Virus record (IMG/VR): IMGVR_UViG_3300028840_005860
Location: 62,001-126,000 of that record
DNA length: 64,000 bases
Reading direction: 5' to 3' (one strand)
The position numbers and the translations under genes were made by a program. The notes beneath the pieces were generated by a model. The model made no database searches, was not told the origin of the DNA, and saw nothing but the letters and a program-made list of their open reading frames with translations. This document shows, in pieces, positions 1-10,177 of this stretch. Numbering within the stretch: the stretch's first letter is position 1; the number at the start of each line of letters is the position of its first letter.

Positions 1-171
1 TCTCGGCGAAGGGGAACGACGGGCGCCCGTGCAGGATCACGTAGAAGCGGTCTTCCCCCCACTCGATCTTCGTCGCCGCGCCGCCGAAGTAGTTCCGCAG
101 GAGGGACTCGATCTCCTCCCTCGTCGGGGGCGTCGCGCCCTCCTCGAAGTGGATGAACCGGTCCGCGGCCA

Positions 172-330
172 TCAGTTCTTCTTCTTCTCAAGCTCGTCGA
201 GAAGCCTGGCGAGCTCGGTCACGTGTTCGTGCGTCTTCCGGTTGTGCCTACGGATCTTGGTCATCATGACGAGGGAGTAGACGAGCATCGCCAGGATGAG
301 GACGTCGAGGATGAGTCCCAGGGTCTGCAT
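172..330 (-). CDS. small membrane protein with coiled tail
   Basis: Real start is likely ATG at 330 (MQTLGLILDVLILAMLVYSLVMM...); hydrophobic N-terminal helix; the upstream part of the ORF-track call is low-complexity. Confidence 0.6.
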   Translation of the reverse strand: MQTLGLILDVLILAMLVYSLVMMTKIRRHNRKTHEHVTELARLLDELEKKKN

Positions 331-412
331 GGCTTCACCTTTCGGGGTCAGGAGGGCGGGTCGTCGGTCGGCTCGTCGCGCTTCATCGTCTCCTCTTCTT
401 TCGTCGTGCTGT

Positions 413-874
413 TCACGGCGACGTCTCCTCATGGGCGGAGAGCCACGCGCAGACGACCGCGAGGACGGCGTGCTCTCCGGTTCGGAAATGGATCGTCGCG
501 CCTTCCGTCCGGAGGATTCTCGAGACCTCGGACAGGTCCGCGTCGGGACGGAAGGCCGCGGCGGTCCAGTGCTCCCTCCCGTCGGGGTACCGGTGGAGGG
601 AGACGTTGCCGACGAGGTCGGGGCCGTGGTGGACGTCCCAGACCCAGCCGGTCCGGGCGTCCTCCGCGACGCGGATCGGGGACAGTTCCGGGCCGGGATC
701 CTCGACGGTCTCGTCCGGGGGATCATACGGGCTCTCGTCCGGCGCAAGGTAGTGCGGGGGGCTCAGCAGGACGAGCCTCCGGGGCGCCTTCACCTTCAGC
801 ACGGTGTCGTCGTGCCTCGTCCAACCCCTGCCCCGAAGCTCATCGATCAGCTCCTTCGTCTCGGTTTCAGACAT
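413..874 (-). CDS. hypothetical protein
   Basis: C-terminal part of ORF 413..1534 from MSETETKEL..., with normal composition. Confidence 0.6.
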   Translation of the reverse strand: MSETETKELIDELRGRGWTRHDDTVLKVKAPRRLVLLSPPHYLAPDESPYDPPDETVEDPGPELSPIRVAEDARTGWVWDVHHGPDLVGNVSLHRYPDGREHWTAAAFRPDADLSEVSRILRTEGATIHFRTGEHAVLAVVCAWLSAHEETSP

Positions 875-1004
875 CGCTCGAACTCCTCGCTTCTTCGCGA
901 CGACTCGTTCCTCGCCGGTCGCACGTGGAGATGAAGCAACTCGATCGCCATCGCCACGGTCCAGTGAGTCTCCACGGTCATGCTTCCTCCTTCGTCTGAC
1001 TCTT

Positions 1005-1850
1005 CTACCCCTCGACGACCCACCTGCCGTCGATGAGCTTCGGGACGGCGGGCTCGACGCCGTCCCCGAGCGGGAACCTCCAGCGGGGGCCCTCCTCGAT
1101 GATCCTGAACTTGGCGGCGAGCTCCTCGTCGAACATCTTGCCCTCCCGCATCTGCTGGCGGCGCCTCTCCTCCGCGTCCTCGATGCCGTGCTTCTCGGCC
1201 AGCTCGGGGAAGACTCGTCTCCTGGCCTCGCACCGTCTCCTGTAGAGGTCGGCCTCCTCGGGGGGACCGGGGTGCCACACGTGCATCCCGCCGAGGACGA
1301 TGCGGATCGTGCACAGGGAGGCGAGGTTCCGCAGGGACGTCTCGTCGCAGGCGGACTCGATCTGGAAAAATGGGCCCTTGAGCGAGGTGCGGATCTCCTC
1401 GCAAATCGTGTCGGGGAGGAGGATGTCCACCCTCTCGATCCCGCGTCGGGCCTCCCTCGCGACGGCCGCCATCTCGTCCCTAGCCGCGCGGAGGCGGCTC
1501 TCGAGGGCCTCGGCTCTCGGCCGGTGCTCGACATTGCGGGCCGCCCACCGCAGGGCGCTCCGGAACGCCTCGGGGTCCTGGTCGAACTCGTCGGCGAGCT
1601 CCCGGACCGCCTCGCCCCACTCGGCCAGCTCGGCGAGCAGCTGCGAGACGGGGAACCTCGTGCCCGGGCAGCACGGCTGGCCTCCGCGAAGATCGGGATC
1701 GACGGTCGCCTCCGCGACCTCGGCCGGTGCGGGGGCGCGCTGCCGGTCGTCTCGCAGGCGCGCTATCTCGGCGGCGGCCTCGCGGCAGAGCGAGGCGCGG
1801 CGTCCGGTCGCGGGGTCCTCCGCCATCAGCCTGTCGAGGAGGTCCTTCAC
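1005..1850 (-). CDS. DUF433 domain-containing protein
   Basis: ATVDPDLRGGQPCCPGTRFPVSQLLAELAEWGEAVRELADEF...FRSALRWAA matches the DUF433 pattern (DP..GG.P...GTR.PV..LL); GTG start inferred. Confidence 0.7.
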   Translation of the reverse strand: MKDLLDRLMAEDPATGRRASLCREAAAEIARLRDDRQRAPAPAEVAEATVDPDLRGGQPCCPGTRFPVSQLLAELAEWGEAVRELADEFDQDPEAFRSALRWAARNVEHRPRAEALESRLRAARDEMAAVAREARRGIERVDILLPDTICEEIRTSLKGPFFQIESACDETSLRNLASLCTIRIVLGGMHVWHPGPPEEADLYRRRCEARRRVFPELAEKHGIEDAEERRRQQMREGKMFDEELAAKFRIIEEGPRWRFPLGDGVEPAVPKLIDGRWVVEG

Positions 1851-2164
1851 GGCCGCGCTCCCGGGCGTCGCAGGTTCGTGTCGAAGACGAGCATCGAGGT
1901 GATCCTGCCGTCCACGGTTTCCATGGCCACGTCGATGCCGACGTAGTAGCGGTTCTCGGTGTCGCCCGGGTGGGCCATGAGGGCGTTCACGCGGTAGGTC
2001 TTGCCGACGTACCTGCGATAGTCCTCCTCCCGCACGTTCCACGGTGCCAGGCTGCCCTCCTGGTTGTCCCAGACGACCTGCTCGCCAATCTCGTAGAGCC
2101 GCTTGCCCGTCTGGAAACAGTGAGGGCAGCGGTCTCCTCGGCACTTGGGACATCGTTCGGTCAT
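1847..2164 (-). CDS. hypothetical protein with N-terminal CxxC...CxxC
   Basis: MTERCPKCRGDRCPHC; 4-nt overlap with the next gene. Confidence 0.6.
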   Translation of the reverse strand: MTERCPKCRGDRCPHCFQTGKRLYEIGEQVVWDNQEGSLAPWNVREEDYRRYVGKTYRVNALMAHPGDTENRYYVGIDVAMETVDGRITSMLVFDTNLRRPGARP

Positions 2165-2564
2165 CGGCTGATCTTCCTTCCCGCCGTCCATTCTACTCCG
2201 TTCGTGAATTCTCGGGCGATGCCTCGACATGGAAACGTCCTTCGGTCAGCTCCTCTCGCTTCTCGGGCCCGCGCGGATCTTGAGCTCGTCGCGGGCGTCG
2301 AGCCGCCATCCTTCTCATCCGCCGGGGCGCTCCCTGTTCATGGGGCGCCACGCGAGACCCGCGATCTTGGCGTCGATGGGATCCGGCATGGTCAGTCCTT
2401 TCGATCGAAGGGTGCGTCGCAGGTGGAGATGACGACGGCCAGTTCGCCGCCCGCGTAGGCGGCGAGGATGCCGAACGCGTACGGCAGCCACTGGTCGATC
2501 ATCAGTCCGGCCCCGACCGCGATCAGGACGGAGAGGGCCAGGAAGGCCTGTCGCGCGAGCGGGG

Positions 2565-3092
2565 TCACGGGGTCGCCGTCTCCTCGTCCGTGAGGGGGCG
2601 TCGGAGCTCCTCCTGGAGCGCCTCGTACCAGGCGGCGGTGTCCCGGTGGTCGGCTTTCCAGACGCGGTATCGCCAGTTCGACTCGTCCTGGGGGATGGTG
2701 TCGCCGTCGCGGCCGAGGACGTCGTTCACGATGTTCTGGGGGCCGCTCATGAAGGCGGCGTGGAGGAGCGCGGCGGCGTGGTACATCCTGACGTGGGCGT
2801 CGTCTCCGAGGACCCTGCGAGCGAGGGGCACGGCCTTCTGTGCGAGGAGGGACAGCAGGAGCGCCTGGTCGCTCACGTACTTGAGGAGCATGCACGTCCC
2901 CTCCTCGTCGAGCTGGAGGGACCAGAACTCCTCGTCGGGATCCTTGAACGTCACGCCGGTCTCTATGCCGAGCTTGAAGGGGTCCGTCTCGACGTGTTCG
3001 ACCAGCAGTGCGGGTTCGGCGGGGCCGAGGGGTCGGAAGTAGTCGCCGACGTCGAGCTCGGAGGCGAAGCGCTTGATCCACTCGTACTTCAC
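2565..3092 (-). CDS. hypothetical protein
   Basis: VKYEWIKRF...; globular composition; overlapping start/stop chain. Confidence 0.6.
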   Translation of the reverse strand: MKYEWIKRFASELDVGDYFRPLGPAEPALLVEHVETDPFKLGIETGVTFKDPDEEFWSLQLDEEGTCMLLKYVSDQALLLSLLAQKAVPLARRVLGDDAHVRMYHAAALLHAAFMSGPQNIVNDVLGRDGDTIPQDESNWRYRVWKADHRDTAAWYEALQEELRRPLTDEETATP

Positions 3093-3721
3093 GGGATCTT
3101 CTCCGTCGAGGGACTGGTTTCCGCGTAGGAGCATCGCCGGTTGGTGAGATCGACGCCGGTCTTGCCGAAGCCGTGGACGTTGGTCCACTCCCAGTGGTGG
3201 TCGCTGGTCTTGAGGTCGGTTCCCCGGTCGATGAGGAGGACTTCGTTCTCGAGGTCCGTGCACATGATCTCGTAGTGCGTGGGCGGCGGGTCGGGCAACA
3301 GCGCGACGAGCCCGCAGAGAACTCCGACGAACGCCAGGATCAGGGCGGGAAACGGGTGGAGCCTGTAGGCGACCTCGGTGACCTTCTCGGTGTCGTCGTA
3401 GAGGTCTCTGAGCATCCATCTCGGTCGACAGATCAGGGGAAGCCTCGCGTGGAACCCCTCCTTCGTACGGGTGACGCGGACGGAGCCGGGAGACATGCGA
3501 CAGGTCAGGGGGTGCTCTTTCTTGACGAACAGGTGCCCGGTCTTGCTGAGCATGAGGCCCCAGTTGTCGATCCAGGCGGATTCGCCGATCTCGAGGTTCT
3601 TGACGAGCTTCTCCCGCAGGCGCAGCGGCGCGTTCACGGGCTCGGCCGGCTCGTCTTCGTTCTCGGACATGAGGCGTCTCATGGGGTCGTTGTTCTCGGC
3701 GGTTGTCGCGTCGTCAGTCAT
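3089..3721 (-). CDS. hypothetical membrane protein
   Basis: MTDDATTAENN...; one TM segment (ALILAFVGVLCGLVALL). Confidence 0.6.
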   Translation of the reverse strand: MTDDATTAENNDPMRRLMSENEDEPAEPVNAPLRLREKLVKNLEIGESAWIDNWGLMLSKTGHLFVKKEHPLTCRMSPGSVRVTRTKEGFHARLPLICRPRWMLRDLYDDTEKVTEVAYRLHPFPALILAFVGVLCGLVALLPDPPPTHYEIMCTDLENEVLLIDRGTDLKTSDHHWEWTNVHGFGKTGVDLTNRRCSYAETSPSTEKIP

Positions 3722-3929
3722 CGGGCATCTCTTCTTCGAGCAGGCGTCCGAGTGCGAGGAGCTCGACACCCTTCAGGTTGCCGACCCTCTCGAGTACCCG
3801 GAGCGTGAGCCGCTCCAGCCTCAGTGACTTGAGAATCAGCGACGAGTCGGTCGAGGCCCCCACCTCCAACCACGGGTCGGAAATCGGCCCCACGATGGTG
3901 ACGTTCGTTCCGTTCGCTACGGTCTGCAT
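3714..3929 (-). CDS. hypothetical protein
   Basis: ORF track; overlapping chain on the minus strand. Confidence 0.55.
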   Translation of the reverse strand: MQTVANGTNVTIVGPISDPWLEVGASTDSSLILKSLRLERLTLRVLERVGNLKGVELLALGRLLEEEMPDD

Positions 3930-4147
3930 TTCAGCGTCCCTCTAATCCTCCCATCTTCGCGGCCCTTGTACACGATGGTCACCGGTGCGCAGAACTGTTC
4001 GGCGTAGAGTTGTGCGGCGAGCACGGCCGCCTGCGCGATGTCGTCGGTCGTGAGTCTCGAGTCCATCAGGAGATTCAGCATCACCTCGACGGCCGCTCTG
4101 TAGTGGGGGTCTTCTTCGTACTTCTCGCGCGGGAGCATGGCGTCCAT
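3917..4147 (-). CDS. hypothetical protein
   Basis: ORF track; preceded by a TAGAAT -10-like box on the minus strand. Confidence 0.6.
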   Translation of the reverse strand: MDAMLPREKYEEDPHYRAAVEVMLNLLMDSRLTTDDIAQAAVLAAQLYAEQFCAPVTIVYKGREDGRIRGTLKCRP

Positions 4148-4230
4148 TCTACTCCCTCGGCGATTTTCACGAACTACGTGGGCACGGGCGCCCGGGCGCG
4201 TGATCCCCCTCGGAGCCGGGCGCGCGTATC

Positions 4231-4542
4231 ATGGACAAGATGGAGCGGGGTTTGCACAAGTACAAGATCGAGGAGGTCGACGGGCGTGCGATGACGGTCT
4301 CGACCGGGGATCACGTCCCCTATGCGGACCAGTGCATCCTGGTCGATACCGAGAAGCACCCCGAGTTCTCGAATCCCGAGCTCGTGGCCCCGAAGTGGCG
4401 GGTGACGCAGGTCGAGGAGCTAGGCGTCGGGAGATACCGGCTTGAGCTGACTCCGATCACGTCCGACGAGCTAGGAACCGCGGAGCAGTGTGACGAGCTG
4501 GTGTTCCGCGATCTCGACCGGATCGCGCAAGAAGGAGCCTAG
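4231..4542 (+). CDS. hypothetical protein
   Basis: ORF track; normal composition. Confidence 0.65.
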   Translation: MDKMERGLHKYKIEEVDGRAMTVSTGDHVPYADQCILVDTEKHPEFSNPELVAPKWRVTQVEELGVGRYRLELTPITSDELGTAEQCDELVFRDLDRIAQEGA

Positions 4543-4757
4543 TCGGCCAGCTCGAGGGCGTTCAGCTGCTGGAGCGCCTCCTCGAGGGCGGCCCTCACGA
4601 AGGCAGGGTCGCCCTCGATCTCGATGATGTCATCCCTGACCTGGGGCCACCCGCGCGGTCCCTTGAGGCAGTGGATGGTGACGGTCACCGGGCTGTCGGG
4701 GCCGGAGTCCCCCGCGACCACGGTGCACGCGGTGTTGATCTCGTGGACTATCCTCAT
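4539..4757 (-). CDS. hypothetical protein
   Basis: ORF track. Confidence 0.55.
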   Translation of the reverse strand: MRIVHEINTACTVVAGDSGPDSPVTVTIHCLKGPRGWPQVRDDIIEIEGDPAFVRAALEEALQQLNALELAD

Positions 4758-4975
4758 GGTTTCATCTCCCGAGTCTTCTGGAGAGCCCTGTTCAGGTGCT
4801 GCTGGATTTCAAACAGGGACGGGTTCGGGCCTCGCTTCATGCGCCACATCTCCCCGCACTCGTCGCACCGCCAGTTGAGCTGGCCCCCGCCGGGGTCATC
4901 CCACAGGTTCGGTCCCCCGTGCGCGCCGCAGAACGGGCAGTAGGGGCACGCGAGGAAGTAGCGGTCTCCGGGCAT
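4754..4975 (-). CDS. zinc-ribbon hypothetical protein
   Basis: CPYCPFC...CDECG motifs. Confidence 0.55.
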   Translation of the reverse strand: MPGDRYFLACPYCPFCGAHGGPNLWDDPGGGQLNWRCDECGEMWRMKRGPNPSLFEIQQHLNRALQKTREMKP

Positions 4976-5153
4976 CAAGGACCTTTCTTCTCTCCGTAGC
5001 AGAGTTCGCCCCGGATGGGGTCCCATTGCCCCTTCTGCGGATAGCAGCGGGCACACGACCGCAAGTTCATGACCGCGAGGCCGAGCAGCGCTATCGCAAA
5101 CAGGGTCGTGACGACGGTCGTGAACGTCTTCTGTCCTGTCGTTTCGTACATGT

Positions 5154-5558
5154 TCAGAATGCTCCCGTCCACGACGTGTCGAAGGTGATGCGGAGGTTGT
5201 CGGCGTGGACCCGCTCCCAGACGGAGCCGTCCTTGGCGACGTTGCCGTAGTCGTCCAGGAGGAGCTGCTCGGCGTAGTTGAACATGCGCCAACCCTCTTC
5301 CGTCTCGGCCGGTGCTCTCCATGCGAGGGACCACGCCGGACGCTGGACCACGTGGTCGTCCTCGAGGACGGCGAGCACGGTGTTGCGACGCATCACGATC
5401 ACGCCCCCGGTGTGTGAGGCTGCCTCCATGAAGTTCTCCACCTTCGTCGTGCGCACGCTGGGCATCGTCATCAGGCAGCGTGGGCACGGGCCGGGAGGGC
5501 GTTCGCCTTCCCCGTACCAGAGGATGGTTTTCTTGCAGACGGGACAGGGATCGCTCAC
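5154..5558 (-). CDS. hypothetical protein with N-terminal zinc ribbon
   Basis: CPVCKK...CPRC. Confidence 0.6.
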   Translation of the reverse strand: MSDPCPVCKKTILWYGEGERPPGPCPRCLMTMPSVRTTKVENFMEAASHTGGVIVMRRNTVLAVLEDDHVVQRPAWSLAWRAPAETEEGWRMFNYAEQLLLDDYGNVAKDGSVWERVHADNLRITFDTSWTGAF

Positions 5559-5896
5559 GTGATCACCTCATCAGCGTCGAGGTCTTTCGCGGCCTTCTTG
5601 TAGGTGGGGACCTCGGCGAGCTGCGCTTCGAGCCGGTCGCACAGGTGCCAGTCTCGGTAGTCCCCGGCCGACCGGAGGGCGGAGCTTAGGTCCTTTCGTT
5701 TGTAGTAGATCGTCCTGGCCTTCTCGTCGGGCAGGCACAGGGACGGATCGTCGTCGCGGATCCAGACGAGGCCCGGTCCGTCGTGTAGGCGCCAGCCCTT
5801 CTCCACGAGATCCCTCGCGTGTGCGGGGGCCCACGCCTTCATGACCTCCTGGAGGCGGCGCTCGGGATCGAATGCTTCTGTCCTATACGGGGTCAT
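5555..5896 (-). CDS. hypothetical protein
   Basis: ORF track; 4-nt overlap chain. Confidence 0.6.
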   Translation of the reverse strand: MTPYRTEAFDPERRLQEVMKAWAPAHARDLVEKGWRLHDGPGLVWIRDDDPSLCLPDEKARTIYYKRKDLSSALRSAGDYRDWHLCDRLEAQLAEVPTYKKAAKDLDADEVIT

Positions 5897-6161
5897 CGGG
5901 ACACTCCTCCTCGGCCGCCCATCGGGCCACGATGTCGTCGGTCTTCTCGCGGATGTCTCGATCCGACGCGCCCGGGCCGTTGGCTTCGTCGTATCGAGCG
6001 ACGGCTCCGACGTGGTAGTCCATCCGAAACTCGGCGACCATCTTCAGCAGCATCGCCGCAATCTCCCGCTCCTCTAGGCTCGTCGCCAGGTGGTGCAGGT
6101 CCATCGTCCTCCGCGCGACGTCCGCTCGCTCCTCTCGGCGTCCTCTCTCGTAGTCGGTCAC
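5883..6161 (-). CDS. hypothetical protein
   Basis: ORF track. Confidence 0.55.
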   Translation of the reverse strand: MTDYERGRREERADVARRTMDLHHLATSLEEREIAAMLLKMVAEFRMDYHVGAVARYDEANGPGASDRDIREKTDDIVARWAAEEECPDDPV

Positions 6162-6400
6162 CAGTCGTACTTCCTGCGGGTTCGGGCCCGCGTCCAGTCG
6201 GCCATCTCGTCATCGTGGACCCAGGTCGGTTCTTTACGGAGCCGCCGGAACAGGCGTCGCCACCAGACGTTGACGAAATCCTGCAGGGTGTCCCGGAAGT
6301 AGAAGTCCTGCCACGCCCGCGCCTGAGCCTCCTGACGCTCGGGATCGTCCTTGAGCGGAGGGGGTAGTCGAACGGGTGGGAGCGGGTGGATGCCGCGCAT
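6158..6400 (-). CDS. hypothetical protein
   Basis: ORF track. Confidence 0.5.
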   Translation of the reverse strand: MRGIHPLPPVRLPPPLKDDPERQEAQARAWQDFYFRDTLQDFVNVWWRRLFRRLRKEPTWVHDDEMADWTRARTRRKYDW

Positions 6401-6411
6401 CGTGTACCTCG

Positions 6412-6624
6412 CTATCCTCGGATTCGGAACAGGCCTCCGGGTTCGTCGAGGAAGATCTCATCATCACCCGACCGGCGGACCATGACGTCGTAGATCCGCG
6501 CGAGGTCGAGGACCTCTCTGGGGGAGAACTGCGCGCACCACTTGTCGTGTACCAGCATCGCCCTCGGGTGCGGTCGCCGGGAGGGGTGGTGCCAGTGCCG
6601 GATGACGTAGGTGGTCTTGTCCAT
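6412..6624 (-). CDS. hypothetical protein
   Basis: MDKTTYVIRHW..., preceded by GGAGAG. Confidence 0.55.
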   Translation of the reverse strand: MDKTTYVIRHWHHPSRRPHPRAMLVHDKWCAQFSPREVLDLARIYDVMVRRSGDDEIFLDEPGGLFRIRG

Positions 6625-6864
6625 CTCTCCTTCTACGGAAGCGAGGGCCCGGTGTGTTTCATGGCTGGAGTCAGTGATCCTGGTCAGCGTCCTGGGGTCT
6701 CCCCAGGCACCATTCACCAGGCCCTCGCGGGCACCGTACCGACGGGGCGCGCCCCCACGGGACGGAGGCTGCCCTCGTGAGAGTTTTCCGAAACGCGGGG
6801 CCGAGACGTGTTTTCGGAAAAATCGCCGCGCGGGTGCGTGCACGAGAAAATGAAATGGGGTTTT

Positions 6865-7329
6865 TCAGGGCTCCAGAAAATAGTCTATGAGGTCTACGAT
6901 GGCTCCTGCGGGATCGCCTTCCTCGGCACGGTGTCGGATAGCCATCAGCCTCTTCCTGCGCTCCTCTTTTCGGCTCGCTTGCACTTTTTCCCTTTCTCGA
7001 CGCTTGCTAAGATCTGGCGGCGGTTGGTGAGCCTTCCGCTTGGTGACCTCGGACTTCAGGATGCCTCGTTTCTCTGCGATGAAACCGAGGGCGCTCTTGG
7101 CTTTGCGCCACCAATCCTCGTCGGAGCGGCCCCTTGCCTCCAACTGTGATTGGATGAGGGCCGCAGAACCCTTGACCTCGGCATTGAGGGCCCAGAGTTC
7201 AGAGTCTCGCATGCCGACGACACGACGCGTGAACTCCTCGATGCCGCAGACTTGCCACCAAGGACGTCCTTGCTGGTCTCTGGGAATTTCAGGGACGTAA
7301 CGACCGGTATAGGAGGAAGGGTGGGACAT
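6865..7329 (-). CDS. hypothetical coiled-coil protein
   Basis: ORF track. Confidence 0.6.
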   Translation of the reverse strand: MSHPSSYTGRYVPEIPRDQQGRPWWQVCGIEEFTRRVVGMRDSELWALNAEVKGSAALIQSQLEARGRSDEDWWRKAKSALGFIAEKRGILKSEVTKRKAHQPPPDLSKRREREKVQASRKEERRKRLMAIRHRAEEGDPAGAIVDLIDYFLEP

Positions 7330-7360
7330 GTTCCTTATACACCCACCGGTGCTCCCGGTA

Positions 7361-7759
7361 TCAGTCTTCCTCGTCCTCGAGGCCCTCGATCTTTTCGACG
7401 AGGTTGGAGGGGACCATCACGGTGTATTTGTCCGGGTCCTCCTCGTTGCCCTCCATCCGGTAGTAGGTCTCCCCTTCGTTCCTGAGTGCGGCCTGGGAGA
7501 GCGTGCATTCCCAGTAGAGGTGGTGGCACTCGCACTTGCAGTCGGTCTCGCTTCGGTACCCCACGGGCGCGGGGTTCATGGCGTTCTCGTCGTGGACGGG
7601 CTCGTCGTACCCGTGCTGCCTCGCCCAACACCAGTCCTCCCACGTGTCGAGGCAGTCCTCGCAGATGTGGTCCTTGGGGTCGTGGCCCTCGTGCTTGCGA
7701 GCCAGCTCGCGCTGCTCGTCCGAGAGGGTCACGACCTGGTCGGTGGGGGCGAACTTCAT
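7361..7759 (-). CDS. Cys/His-rich hypothetical protein
   Basis: MKFAPTDQ...HICEDC...CKCECHH. Confidence 0.6.
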   Translation of the reverse strand: MKFAPTDQVVTLSDEQRELARKHEGHDPKDHICEDCLDTWEDWCWARQHGYDEPVHDENAMNPAPVGYRSETDCKCECHHLYWECTLSQAALRNEGETYYRMEGNEEDPDKYTVMVPSNLVEKIEGLEDEED

Positions 7760-7833
7760 GGGATCGTCTATTCTACCGCCCCAGCGCCTGCCCCGGAAAC
7801 GGCGGGCCTGATCGTCCTCGCGTCGAGTTGAGT

Positions 7834-8511
7834 TCACGTGGAGCTGTCCTCTTCCAGACGCCTCGCGATCCACCGCGCCTTTTCGAGCTCCTCCTCGCAC
7901 AGCTCGGGAGGTCCACTCGGGAGGCAGCGCGCGCTGTCGACCGAGAGCCCGACGATGCGGCAGAGGTTCTCGAGGACCTCGGTGTCCGAGCGCTGTTCGG
8001 GCTCGTGGGCCACGTAGAAGGTCCCCTCCGGGAACGACCTCTCCAGGTCGTTCAGGAATTTCCGCGCGACGTCGACCTCGCCCCTGTCGAGGAGCCACTT
8101 GACCTGCTTGAGCGATTCGAGGACGACGAGCGGGGGTGCTTCAGACTCGGTCGAGGACTTGGGCGTTCCGGCCCCGTCGCGCAGGAGAAGCGGGTCGTCG
8201 CCCTCGTCGGTCCCCCCACGCGTCGGGCACTCGCCGCTCTCCTCCCCGTGCCTGTGTCCTAAGGCATAGTAGAGCTCCGCCTTCGTCCAGACGTGCTCGC
8301 AACCGTACATGGGACACTCGAGCCCGTAGGGGTCGACGTAGTGGGGAGAGTACCTCTGCCCGCATTCGGGGCACTTCAGCTGTCCCTCCTCGGCCCGCTC
8401 GGCTTGTTGCGCCCGTTCGGAGGAGACGCGCTGGTCTCTGTCCCTCCTCATCTCGTCGGCCACCTTTCTGATCGCGGTGGCTATCTCGTTCAGGCCCTTC
8501 CAGTCGCTCAT
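7834..8511 (-). CDS. hypothetical protein with zinc ribbon
   Basis: MSDWKGLNE...CPECG...CPMYGC. Confidence 0.6.
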   Translation of the reverse strand: MSDWKGLNEIATAIRKVADEMRRDRDQRVSSERAQQAERAEEGQLKCPECGQRYSPHYVDPYGLECPMYGCEHVWTKAELYYALGHRHGEESGECPTRGGTDEGDDPLLLRDGAGTPKSSTESEAPPLVVLESLKQVKWLLDRGEVDVARKFLNDLERSFPEGTFYVAHEPEQRSDTEVLENLCRIVGLSVDSARCLPSGPPELCEEELEKARWIARRLEEDSST

Positions 8512-8653
8512 CGCGGTCCTCGCTTCCTCCGTGGTCCGTCGTGATCGAATACGGCGATGCAGACGGCCGCCGTCCACAGGACCTCGCTGAACCAGGGCTC
8601 GCCACGATGCCAGGCCCACGTACCGAAGACGAGGAGTATCCACAGCAGCGGCA

Positions 8654-8959
8654 TCACGGATCTTCCTGGGGCATGTCGCGTGTGAACATCTCGTACGTCC
8701 TAAGCGCCTCCCGGGGACTGCCCGTGCCCTCGCTGTACAGCACGTCGGAATTCCTGAGAGCGTTCTTGAGCACCTCCGCCATCTCCTGTGCTTGAGCACG
8801 CACGTGGTCGTGACGCCGCATCGTATCTAGTGCTTCGTTGAACCGCTTCGCGGCCACGTCAGCCAGGCCGTCGGCGTGCTTCATCCAGGCGCGCAGGGCC
8901 GCCTCGACGTCCTCGGTCGCGGCGGCTCCGTCCGGCGGCAGGGGATAGCGCTGGCTCAT
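8654..8959 (-). CDS. hypothetical protein
   Basis: MSQRYPLPP...; overlaps the upstream stop. Confidence 0.55.
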   Translation of the reverse strand: MSQRYPLPPDGAAATEDVEAALRAWMKHADGLADVAAKRFNEALDTMRRHDHVRAQAQEMAEVLKNALRNSDVLYSEGTGSPREALRTYEMFTRDMPQEDP

Positions 8960-9759
8960 GGATCGTCGCCTCGGATCTCGGCCCTGACCTCGAGATACTC
9001 GGCGTATCGGTCGGGTGCCCTGCGAATGAGGCGGCGCACGTCCTTGCTGTTCCAGCCCATCTTGTGGGCATACCACGTCAGGAAGTGTTCGTTCTCCTGC
9101 CACGGCGGGCCGACGCCGGGACCGAGGGATCGTCGGCGCTGATCCTCGTTGGTCGTGAGGATCTCTTCGACCGTCTTGAAGGCACCCCACGTGTCTGACT
9201 GCGCCGCGAAGTGTCTCCGGGTCCAGGTGTCGTTCTGCCTGCGGTCCGTGAGTTCTCCGTCTCTCAGGTGCAGGGAGAGGTTCTGGTGGACCATGAGGTG
9301 GCGAAGCGCCTTCGCGAGCCTGTGGTACAGGACGGCATCGGTTCGCTCCTCCTGGCGCTGGGCGCCCTGTCGCTCGAGGACGAGCGCGCCTTCGGCTTGT
9401 CGGGCGCGAGCGTCGCTCTCGAAGTGTTCGCGTCGCATCACCTCGCAGGTTAGCTGGGCGACCTTGAAATCACATCCGAGTGCCTGGAGCTCGCTGCACC
9501 AGCACGGCTGGTGCGTCTCGTCGCTGTGCGTGTCGAAGCGCATGCGCATCCAGTCGCAGCCGGCGATGAAGCCCTGCTGAGCCACCAGACGCTCGTCATC
9601 TTGAGGCCACTGGCTCGCGTACTCCTGGGCCGCCTCCTTTTCGTCGGGGCTGGCCGGTCCGTGGTAGAGGATGCAGCCGCTCTCGCGAAGGGTCCTGCGC
9701 GTGAGTTCCTCAAGGCCGTCTCTGAACATGTCGATCAGGTCGTCGAGTGGGGCCGTCAT
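8956..9759 (-). CDS. hypothetical protein
   Basis: ORF track, 267 aa. Confidence 0.65.
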   Translation of the reverse strand: MTAPLDDLIDMFRDGLEELTRRTLRESGCILYHGPASPDEKEAAQEYASQWPQDDERLVAQQGFIAGCDWMRMRFDTHSDETHQPCWCSELQALGCDFKVAQLTCEVMRREHFESDARARQAEGALVLERQGAQRQEERTDAVLYHRLAKALRHLMVHQNLSLHLRDGELTDRRQNDTWTRRHFAAQSDTWGAFKTVEEILTTNEDQRRRSLGPGVGPPWQENEHFLTWYAHKMGWNSKDVRRLIRRAPDRYAEYLEVRAEIRGDDP

Positions 9760-9838
9760 TGGTGCTCCTCGCGCGGACCGCGCTTCGTGAAGCCGTGCTC
9801 AGGGATGCTTCATCGGGTATACCTCCACGAGAGGACCG

Positions 9839-10177
9839 GTGAAACTCATGAGCGACACGCACGCGAGACTGGCGGTCCGGTGGGGCGACGAGGAAATCGA
9901 GCTGGAACGTCACTATCCGATCCAGAAGGACCTGAGGGAAGACGCGATAGCGCTCGCGGCCATGTGCGTCCCCGACTACATGCAGAAGTTCCGTCCACCG
10001 AAGGACCTTGAACCGCAGCCGTGGATGCTGATGATCCTGCGAGCCATCGGCGAGCTGCGAAACGACGGCAGGCGCGATAGGGCGTTCGAGGACGACGCCA
10101 TGCAGCAGATCATCAGGAACCTCGGGATCCTCGGTCTCGGGCAGCTGTTCGGTGCCGACATGACCGGACTCGTGTAG
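9839..10177 (+). CDS. hypothetical protein
   Basis: ORF track. Confidence 0.6.
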   Translation: MKLMSDTHARLAVRWGDEEIELERHYPIQKDLREDAIALAAMCVPDYMQKFRPPKDLEPQPWMLMILRAIGELRNDGRRDRAFEDDAMQQIIRNLGILGLGQLFGADMTGLV

